Assembly: GCA_012295275.1 (NCBI GenBank)
Contig: CM022666.1
Location: 12,958,001-13,022,000, forward strand
Direction of reading: 5' to 3'
DNA from: Chrysomallon squamiferum
Lineage: Eukaryota; Animalia; Mollusca
DNA length: 64,000 nt
Shown: positions 48,874 to 60,204 of the stretch, piece after piece
How the letters are laid out: each line of letters opens with the position of its first letter
Numbering within the stretch: position 1 is the stretch's first letter
Translations under genes and position numbers: made by a program
Notes under the pieces: generated by a model
Databases searched by the model: none
Seen by the model: only the letters and a program-made list of their open reading frames with translations
What the model was told of the DNA's origin: nothing

Positions 48874-49514
48874 TATCCAAAACGAAACAAAAATATAATT
48901 ATATTTCAGTTATGCATTGTGATGTGAAGAAAAAATATACATACACAAAGAAATTTAGGACATGCATGCATTGATATATACACAGAGGCATGCAACGACA
49001 ATAATAACTATTATCAAAATCTGTAATACGAAATATCAAAACAATAACAGAAACAGTGTCAATATAATAATAATAATAGGAATAATAAATAATAACAGTA
49101 GTAATAATAGTAATAATAATAAAATAATAATAATAGTAGTAGTAGTAGTAGTAGTAACAACTACTCCAAGAATAGCTTTAACAATAAAAACAATAAATAA
49201 ATAAATAAATAAATAAATAAATATTATTCTAATATTACATCATGATATATTATTGTCTGTGATGTTAAACAACGTATCTAAATAAAACAAAACAAACTGA
49301 AAGAGAGAGAGAGAGGGTAAGAGGCCAAGAAAAGAAAGAAAGAAAATGTAAAAAAAACGAGGAGAAAATATATTTCGTCATGCAAAGTCAGTATATATTT
49401 TACTGCTGAATGTGAAAACAAATATATAATTTTGTCTGGCCTTGTCTTTGGGAGTGGCTGGGCTAAAACAGGTGCGAGGCTTACCCTTGCAGGTAAGGTA
49501 GATAACAGATATAC

Positions 49515-49577
49515 ATCTTCTATATAAACAAGTTTTTCATAGATTAGAACTCAGATTGGTTCAAATCTCGGAAAACG
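49515..49577 (+). promoter_or_regulatory. TATA box, initiator and short non-coding exon 1 of the peptide-precursor gene
   Basis: TATATAAA at 49521, TCAGATT initiator-like element at 49551 (30 nt downstream), donor ACG|GTAACT at 49577/49578, and an acceptor at 50022 just before the ATG at 50025. Confidence 0.7.
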
Positions 49578-49756
49578 GTAACTATTGTTACAGTTATTAT
49601 TATATACTGTGCTTTTCATTACTGTGTAATTGTTGATAGCGATTCTCAAGTTGTTTTTTGAGTGGTTTTTTTATTATTTTATTTATTCATTTATTTATTT
49701 ATTTACATATTTTTGTTTTGTTTTTATTTATTTTTTTGGACTACTACTACTACTTC

Positions 49757-49811
<55 letters not shown>

Positions 49812-50024
49812 CAATAATAAAAATAACAACAACAACAACAGAAGTTAAATATTAAATATTAAATCTTTATCTGTTTTAAAAGAAAAATAGTGTTTTGCCA
49901 GATTCTAAATGTCGCAAAATTTTTAAAACAAAATTAAAAAAAAAAAAAAAAAAACAATAAAATAAAATTATTTTTGATATTTTAAAAACTCATAGTAAAA
50001 AGAAAATGTTTAATTTTCACAGCA

Positions 50025-52788
50025 ATGGCAGCCAAGTTAGTTCTCTTACTGTCCGTAGCCGCATTCTGTACCGCCGTTCCTCTTGGTGAGTGTCCGAGTG
50101 TTTGTCTGTCTGTGCCTTCGTGTTTTCATCTGTCTGTGTGTCCGTGTGTTTGTCTGTTTGTATGTGTCCGTTTGTACCTCTGTCTGTGTATTCTTGTGTT
50201 TGTCGGTCTGTGTGTTCGTGTGTTTGTTTGTCTGTGTGTTCGTGTATTTGCTTGTTTGGGTGTTTGTCTGTCTGCATTTCCGTATGTCTGTGTCTCTATG
50301 TCTTGGAATATGTCTATGTGTCTGTGTTTTTAGCTGTGTGTGTCTTTCAATTCGATTTTTTTTTTTTTTATAATTTAAAGATTTTCCACAATTAGCTGTC
50401 AGTGTACAAATATGGACGTTGTTGTTACATTCCTATCTAAACAAATGTTTTTCTTGTTTAAGAAAAGAGAAACGTTCTTAAAGAACTCGAGAATCAAGAG
50501 AAGCAGGCACTTCTTCAGGCTGCCAGCGGACTCACACAAGGTTAGTGATATGTACACACACATACACACATACATACATACATACATCAACAAATACACA
50601 CACAGATATACATGCATACATATATACATACATACATACATAGATACATACACATATACACACACACATACATACACACATACATACATACATACATACA
50701 TCAACAAATACACACACAGATATACATGCATACATACATACATACATACATACACACACAGAAATACATATATTCATACATACATACGTACACCAACACA
50801 TACACAAATGCATACAAACATAATATATACATACGTACGTACATACATTCATAAGTACAAACATACATTACATACATGCATACATACATACATTATTAAG
50901 TAAGTTAGTACATAATAATTTCATGATAAAAAAAAAAAAAAAGATCTAAACCGTTATTAAATTTGCTAAACTTAACACAAAAACCAAGGATTATTTTAAC
51001 ACAATTAGTTTTGTAATTTATAGAAATCACATCCAAGGTAACCGATGCTCTTGGCAATGCTATCACTAATGGAATTTCAAACCTGTTCCACCTTGGAAAG
51101 AGAAATATCGGTGACGACTTGAAGAACATTGAAAAACAAGCTCTTCTGCAAGCCGCTGGAACTCTTACCAACCGTAAGTAACAGAAATTAAAAACAAACA
51201 AAAAATAAAAATTAATGAAATTTTAAATTTGAAAAACATGTTTACTATTCTTAAGTATCCCTCCAGTGTTTAATGGTAAACAAGGTTTTTAATAATGTCT
51301 TCAGTTTAATCATAAATGTATTAAATTTCAGAATTATTTTGTTTAAAGTATAAAGGTCAAACGGTTTCGTCAGTACACGCTTGGTTCCTGATTACTTGAA
51401 AAGTTAAAAACAATGTATAAACTTCTGAACTATTTCTTTTGAAATATTACTAAAATAAAATAATTATTTTTTAATGTATTTATTTCTAAAAACAAACGAC
51501 CAAAAAAGATTATAAAATTTATTTGTGCAGTTAACAAAGGAAGTCAAAAAAATATTATATTAAAAGATAGTTTACATATTAATATTCTTAAATCTACGGT
51601 TATAATTATGGCATATATTACGGTAAAGAACCTTGCAAACAACGAGACAGGGAACAGTCTACCGTCATGCAAAGGGTTACTCCTTCTCGTTTTATCTAAA
51701 TGCACCTTCCCACAGATAGAACAGTCTTTGATAAACGAATCGGGAGAAATCGGCTTTAATCGGAAATAGATTTAACAACATCAATCATTGAAAATTATAC
51801 AACAGACCGCTTCAGATGAACCTAATTATAATTTTTTTTTAAATCGGATGTAATATTAAACATTTATAAATTTTAATAACAGATGTTAATTATTTCTCTT
51901 TTGTTACTTAAAGAACTGACTCAACAGCTAACAGGGGCTATTGGCAGCGCTCTCACTAATGGAATTTCTGGTCTGTTTCACCTTGGAAAGAGAAATATCG
52001 GTGAAGACTTGAAGAACATTGAAAAACAAGCTCTTCTGCAAGCCGCTGGATCTCTCGCCAATAGTACGTACATTCGTAAAATTTGTGATAAATCAAAGTG
52101 GTTTTAAAACTGATAATGGTGTGTGGATATTAGATAAATAAAAGAAAGAAAGGCTTTAACCGCTGTTCTTCTGAAAATTAAAGTTAAAACTCTATATATA
52201 AAATGTACTCTTCCAGCATTCATTTATTTATTATGTCTATTATTATTATTATTTATTTATTTATTCATTTATTTATTTATTTATTTATTTATTTATTATA
52301 CTTTATTTATTTATTTACGTCTTTATTCTTTTTTGTTTCCTTCGTTCATTCTTGCTTTCTTTATTTTTATTTCTATTATTTTTATTTTATTCATTATTTA
52401 TATATATTTATTTCTTTATAATAAAAGTTATTTCACCATAACAGTTAGTTAGATACATCACAAGTATGGCGTACCCCTTTTCTTGTAAAGCTGGAACGGT
52501 CCCTGACGTTACGTTTCGTTATTTATAGCACTGACGTCAACAGTGACCGGAGCTCTTAGCAACGCTCTGACCAGTGGTCTCTCGAACCTGTTCCACGTGG
52601 GAAGAAGAAGTCTGGGCAGTGATCTGAAGGACATTGAAAAGCAAGCTCTTCTCCAGGCCGCGGGATCTCTCACAAACCGTAAGTTACGTTACTAAAACAA
52701 ACACTTTCATTTACACCTTGACTGGGTCATTATGATTCGTCAGCGATTATTGATATGAACAATTACTTTATTTTTATTTTTTGGTTAA

Positions 52789-52848
<60 letters not shown>

Positions 52849-53017
52849 TATATCATTATTATCATTATCATCATTATATTTATTATTATTATTATCATCG
52901 TCATCATCATTATATTATTATTATCATCATTATTATTATTACTATTATAATTATTATTATCATTACTATTATTATTATTATTATCATCATCATCATCATT
53001 ATTATCATTCATCATTA

Positions 53018-53064
<47 letters not shown>

Positions 53065-53709
53065 TTCTTCTTCTTTCTTCTTCTTTTTTTTTTTCTATAT
53101 TTTTCATTCTATTCTATTTACATTTTCAGAACTGACTCAGCAACTTACCGGTGCTCTGGGCAGTGCTATCAGCAGTGGAATTTCAAACCTGTTCCATCTT
53201 GGAAAGAGAAATATCGGTGAAGACTTGAAGAACATTGAAAAACAAGCTCTTCTGCAAGCCGCTGGAACTCTCACCAACCGTAAGCTATGTTAAATGTTTT
53301 ATAGACGACTCAGCATATTTTTAACTAAATATTATTAAACGTGAGTCTTATGTTTAATCGTATAAAAATTAGATGAAAGGAAACATGCTGAAGTCAGTAT
53401 GCTGGGTATTTTTCGTTTTAAATTTATCGATTAGCAAAAAGTGATGTTTTATTTGCACCTTCCCGTAGACTATGAAAAATACGAAAGTACCTTATCAGTA
53501 ACAGCAAAACAAGAATACCAACGATGATAATAATAATAATAATAGCTGTTGTTGTAGAAGATGTATCAGTAATAATAGCGGCAGAAGCAGCAACAGTAGT
53601 TGTAGTATTAATAGCAGTAGTAATATTAATTGTCATAACAAGAATAAATAAAGATTACTACTACTACTACTACTACTGCTGCTGCTACTACTACTACTAC
53701 TACTACTAC

Positions 53710-53741
<32 letters not shown>

Positions 53742-54573
53742 CATTTTTATAATGCCCGTTGTATTTCTATTGCTTTTATAAACTGAATGCAGTTTAAATA
53801 AAAATTAAATTAAATAAACGTGCTTTGTAGAACTGACTGGAGCTCTCACAAGTGGCATTGCTAACCTGTTCCACCTTGGAAAGAGAAATATCGGTGAAGA
53901 CTTGAAGAACATTGAAAAACAAGCTCTTCTCCAAGCCGCTGGAACTCTCACCAACCGTAAGCTATATTAAATATTTTATAGAAGACTCAGCATATTTTTA
54001 AGTAAATATTATTTAAAGTGAGTCATATGTTTAATCGTATAAAAATTAGATGAAAGGAAACATGCTGAAGTCAGTGTGCTGGGTATTTTTTTTTTTTTTT
54101 TAATTTTTTTTTTATCGATTAGCAAAAAGTGATGTTTTATTTGCACCTTCCCATAGACTTTGAAGAATATGATATCAGTAACAACAAAACAAGAATACCA
54201 ACGATAATAATAATAATAATAATAATAATAATAGTTGTTGTACAAGATAATAATCATAACATGAACAAATAAAGACTACTACTACTACTGCTACTACTAC
54301 TACTACTACTACTATTAATACTATTACTGCTACTACTACTAATAATACATGCCCGTGGTATTTCTATTGCTTTTATAAACTAAATGCTGTTTAAATAAAA
54401 ATTAAATTAAATAAACGTGTATTGTAGAACTGACTGGAGCTCTCACAACTGGCATTTCTAACCTGTTCCACCTTGGAAAGAGAAATTTTGGAGATGATCT
54501 GAAGAATCTTGAAAAACAAGCTATCCTCCAAGCCGCTGGAACTCTAACCAACCGTACGTTTTATACAGTTCTT

Positions 54574-54616
<43 letters not shown>

Positions 54617-54657
54617 GAAAGAGATAAATATTTTAATCGTTTTATTAAGATTTATTA

Positions 54658-54688
<31 letters not shown>

Positions 54689-54912
54689 GACGTCTGACCA
54701 ATTGTAAAACAAGTATCAAAGTTGAAAATACAGCTTATTATTTAATTCAGTATACACTTTACTCACGCTTGGTCACGTTGGTTGAATGACAGAGCAGTGC
54801 ATACCACATACATCTGTTAGGGGCACTTGGCTTGATCGGAAAATTACTATATTAGGGACTTCTAGAAATAAATGAATTAATTAATTAATACTGTCTGAAG
54901 ATGTCCTAAAAT

Positions 54913-54954
<42 letters not shown>

Positions 54955-55928
54955 TTTTTTTTTTTTTTTCTCTAAAAATTATAAATGTAATTATTAATTA
55001 TTTTTTTTTGGACAGAACTGACTGGAGCCCTCACAAGTGGCATTTCTAACCTGTTCCACCTTGGAAAGCGAGGCCTCGGTGAAGACATAAAGAACGCTGA
55101 GAAACAAGCTCTGCTCCAAGCCGCTGGATCCCTCACAAATGGCAAGTTTACAACGTTTTCCTGATTCCTGGGAAGTAAAAACATGCTTCTCTCCCTTTCT
55201 TTGCTCTCTTATTGTTTAATCTCCTAATAAACTTACGTAAATTTCTTGTTAAAGATATCTTCTCTGTGTGTATCTGTGAACTCATATCTTTTACACATTC
55301 TGCAGCCATCATTACTCTCTTTTGTTTTACGAACCTCCATTTTTGTTAATTTTTTGGCTCGTAACTGTAGACACTTTTTCAGTTTTTCATTTATTAGCCA
55401 AAATACGTGTTACAGTTTAATAAGTATCTAAAAATAGAGACGAAAAACAGAGCTATTAATAGAATGAGATCATTACGACATCAAATTAGAAAAAATAAAT
55501 TTAAATAAAAATAAAACAATCAAATAAATATGTTAAATTTGTAAGAAAACTGAATAATTAATTAACCAGTTAAAACAAATAAAGTATAAATTATAACACT
55601 ATTAATAAATATTTATTAAATGTTTCAGAACTAACACAGAAACTGACCGGTGCTCTTGGAACTGCTCTGACCAATGGAATTTCCAACCTGTTCCACTTTG
55701 GAAAACGTGATACTGGTGACTATATATAAACATATTTACAAACATACAAACATACATATATCCACACATAAACACAACATTTATGTGTATATATATATAT
55801 ATAAAGTTAATCTGACAATACACATATTATATACAAACACACACAAACCCACTCGCACAAAACCATGAGATAGAAATATACTGTGATAGTGATTACATAC
55901 TCTATCAATCAATCAGCCAGTATATAGG

Positions 55929-55959
<31 letters not shown>

Positions 55960-57145
55960 GTATATATCTATATATCTATCTATCTATATCTATGTATATA
56001 CGTATATATCTATCTATCTATCTCTCTGTCTATTAGTCTCTCTGTGTGTCTGCCTGTTTGTGTATCTGTCTTTGAATCTATCTACCTAGCTACCTGGCTA
56101 GTGATCTTTCTGTCTGTCTGTGTGTGTGTTTTAATTTTAATGTTTTCACAGTTGCTAGAAACGCTTTGACTGATGAGCTGAAGGGAATCACGACCTCCGC
56201 CGTCTCTGGTCTTGCCACGGGTTTAGTCAGCAAAGGTGAGTTCTGTATAACTGTATTACTTCGTAACAGCTTTAATATATTGTTATAAAATAAGTTAATG
56301 CTGAACAACATTATTTTATAATTAAAATAACAATTTAACATCATTAAGGATTTATTAGATTTTGTTTATTTATTTACTTACTTACTTAATTACCTGCTTT
56401 TTTATTCTTTCTTTCGTTATTAATTAATTAATTAATTTATTTATTTATTTATTTATTTATTATTATTATTATTATTTTATATACAGCTCTGTCTGGAGTT
56501 CTTGGAAGTCTTCTCGGTGGTTTGCTGGGAAAGAGAAATGAACCAGTCGACATTGTTCAGCTGAAAGCTGAGATTGTCAACAACTTGAGAAATGGTGGGC
56601 AAAAATAATGCATTAAACAATAAAGTTACTGGGAGTAGTCATTGATAATAATAATAATTTCAAAATATCAAACATAGCTTCATAAATATAACAATATAAT
56701 ATAATATAACATAATATAATGTAACGTAACGTAACGTAATGTAATATTATGTAATGTACTGCACTGTACTGAAATGTAACGTAATGTAATATATTATATT
56801 ATAAAATAATCTAATATTATATAATGTACTGCACTGTACTGAAATGTAACGTAATGTAATATATTATATTATAAAATAATCTAATATAATATCATGTACT
56901 ACACTGTACTGAAATGTAACGTAATGTAATAATAATAACGAGGATAACAAGGACAGTGTTGATGACGTATTTGTTATTGTACAGAACTGCAGAAGAGAAA
57001 CAAACTGGCTGACGAACTGAAAGGAATCACCACTTCGGCTCTCTCCGGCATTGCCACTGGACTCGTCAGCCACGGTTAGTTCTGACGTCACAAACTTTTT
57101 AATTTTTGTTTTTGTTTCAAGCGTTCTGACCGGCCATGATTAGTT

Positions 57146-57215
<70 letters not shown>

Positions 57216-57591
57216 TATACGTATGTATGTATGCGTCTGCCCATCCATTTCTTTTTTTGTTATTTATTTATTTTATTTTTTATTTGTTTATTTATTTATT
57301 CATTCATTTGGTATTTATTATATATTTATTTATTTATTTTATTTTTAATATTTATATATATATATATATATATTTTTTAAACTTTATTTGTTTATTTCCT
57401 ACTCAATCACTTATTGACTTACTTAATTATTTACTTATTTTCTATTATTTGCAAACTTTATTTGTTTATTTTTTCAATTTATTTATTTGTTTGCTTATTT
57501 TCTATTATTTATTTAATTTCTACTTATTTATTTACTTATTTACTTGTTTATTTACTTATTTTACTTACTTACTTACTTATTTACTTATTTA

Positions 57592-57641
<50 letters not shown>

Positions 57642-58999
57642 GCCCTGTCTGGTGTTGTTGGAACTCTTCTCGGAGGACTGTTAGGAAAAAGAAATGTTGT
57701 CGATGAATTTGAAAATATCGCCACTGGTGTGGCCACCGAAGTGAAGAATGGTAAATTTGATTTTTAAATTTATTATTTCATGCTAAAAGTTTTTTGATAA
57801 ATTCCTCCTTGAATTTTCATTTTTTGTTGTGTGTGTGTTTCAGTGTTTTATTTATTAATTAAATTATTCATTCGTTCATTGATATTTGTTATGAATTTAT
57901 TTATTTTATTGTACATTTATATCTTTTTTTAATATTTATATTTATTTATTTTAAACTTTATTTACCTTCTTCATCACTTATTTACCTAAATGAATACTTA
58001 CTTGTTTACTACTATTTGCAAACATCTTTACTATTTACGTACTTATATACCAGCTTACATACTTATTTACTTACTTTTTATTTACATACTTACTTATTAT
58101 TTACGTAATTCCTTACTTATTTTATACCTACTTGCTTATTTATTTACTTTTCTTTTATTTACTCATTATTTACGTACTTACTTGCTTCTTAATTATTTAC
58201 TTTGTTACTTACTTGCTTGCTTACTTACTTACTTACAGAAGTGGAAGGTGTACTTGGAGACCTGTTCGGCGGAATGTTTGGAAAAAGAAGTATTGTCGGT
58301 GAATTTGAAAATCTCGTCTCTGGAATGGTAACCGATATGAAAAATGGTAAATTTGATTTTTAAATTCATGAATTTCGTGCTAAAACCTCTTTTTTATTAT
58401 TTATTTATTTATTTACTTTTTTGTGTGTTTTGTTTATTTATTATTTATTTTATTTTATTTTATTATATTTTATTTTATTTTTGTTTTAAGTTGGATTTTT
58501 TTTGTTGGTTTTTTTGTATTTATTTTTTTTTTGTATTTTTTTCTTTATTTTATTTTATTTTACTTTATTTTATTTTATTTTTATTTTATGTATTATTTTA
58601 CTTTATTTATTTATTATTATTTGGTTACACACACATGTACATATATGATATATACACAAACACAAAATTAAAAAGTTCACTAAATGAATTAAACCGTACC
58701 ACTTGATATTCAATATCGTACAACGTTTGTTTTATTTTTAGTTAATTATTCATCTATTTAGTTAGTTAGGTAGGTAGATTGTTATTTGGCTACTTAGTTA
58801 ATTATTTATTTATCTATTTTAGTTGGTTAGGTAGGTAGGTAGGTAGGAATGTCGTTAGTTCGTTACTGAGTTAGTCAGTTGGTTGGTTAGTTGGTTAGTT
58901 TATTCTGATGTTTTGTTTATAAATGCAGAAGTGTCAGAAAAACTGCCAGAAATCGTTGAATCAACAATCAGCAAATTCATCCCATTCAAGTTCTTTTAA
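50025..58999 (+). CDS. Unrecognised secreted multi-copy precursor of long amidated amphipathic peptides (~590 aa)
   Basis: Coding exons 50025-50085, 50463-50540, 51024-51173, 51914-52063, 52529-52678, 53130-53279, 53831-53956, 54428-54553, 55016-55141 (GC donor), 55629-55715, 56152-56235, 56487-56594, 56985-57074, 57643-57750, 58239-58346, 58929-58999 (TAA). Total 1773 nt in one open frame, all introns phase 1. Signal peptide MAAKLVLLLSVAAFCTA, then repeats separated by KR, with GKR/GRR amidation signals 11 times. 3'UTR intron 59003-59299; AATAAA at 59376. Confidence 0.92.
53130..54553 (+). repeat. Recent tandem duplication of exon+intron units in the peptide gene
   Basis: Introns 53280-53830 and 53957-54427 align along their length (GTAAGCTAT.TTAAAT.TTTTATAGA.GACTCAGCATATTTTTAA... 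to ...AAATTAAATTAAATAAACGTG...TTGTAG), and the flanking exons are near-identical. Confidence 0.9.
56754..56930. repeat. Intronic 70-bp tandem repeat (~2.5 copies)
   Basis: ATGTACTGCACTGTACTGAAATGTAACGTAATGTAAT... at ~56754, 56824 and 56894. Confidence 0.85.
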
Positions 59000-59989
59000 A
59001 TAGTAAGTATTTTCATCGTCATCATTATTATTATTATTATTATTATTACTATTATTATTATTATTATTATTACTATTATTATTATTATTACTATTATTGA
59101 CGATATTATTGTTATTATTGCTGTCATTGTTGTTATTAGTTAACAGACACAGATACATGCATAAATATATAGACATACATACATACGTACAACATACATA
59201 CATACATGCATACACACATACATATATACATGTGTATGTGTTTTAATAATATAGTTTCACGTGTAAATTATGTTAATGTTACTTTCATTTATATTTCAGG
59301 TAGGATAATGTATAATGATAAAATCAATTAATGTTGGCTGAAAAATTATGTAACAATCATTTAGCAAAAAAAATGAATAAAAATTAAATTTGATACTGCG
59401 TTGTTTTGTTGATCTTATGACAGCTGAATGTCGCCTGTCCCAGTATAAAACTAATAAAATAAAAAATAAAAATAAATAAATAAATAAACAAGAAAAAAAA
59501 AAAGAAAGAAAGAAGAAGAAGAAATACGAACCTTATTCACTGGATAGGTGATGCATACGAAGAAAATATAAATGCAAATACATAATCATTATATACATAA
59601 ACATTGATATAGCACGTTCTAACAGATATAGATGTATCCGAATAGCCATTCATAGACAAACAAATAGATAGACACACATCCACCATCCATCCATCCAGGC
59701 ATCCAAACATTGATTCATTCGTCTATTCTTTCCTATATACGTAATACATACAGTTTTTGAGTGATCGTCAAGGAATTAATGTAAACAAAAACAAAGGAAA
59801 TTACGTCATCAATCGTAAAGAAAAGTCGACCATCACGCCATCTGTTGTTACAATAATAAAATTGGTACAAATTTTACCAGTCTTACTAAAATACAAATAA
59901 TGTTCGTTTACGAAGAATGAATATAATTTTATTTTAAAAGTAAAGAGAAATAAAGGTAGCATTATTTTGTATTCTTTTATTATTATATA

Positions 59990-60053
<64 letters not shown>

Positions 60054-60152
60054 TTTTAAGAAAAGAAGTTAAATGGTTTGTGTTGCTCAAGTGTTGATTC
60101 TTTTACTTTTTTTTATTTCTAATTTTATTTTTACTATTTTCATTTTGTTTTG

Positions 60153-60204
<52 letters not shown>

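Noticed and set aside
51024-55715. Regularly spaced near-identical repeats with unique spacers (CRISPR-like at first glance)
   Set aside because: The repeats are 126-150-nt coding exons bounded by AG/GT with synonymous variation, the spacers are introns several hundred nt long, and there are no cas genes in this eukaryotic context.
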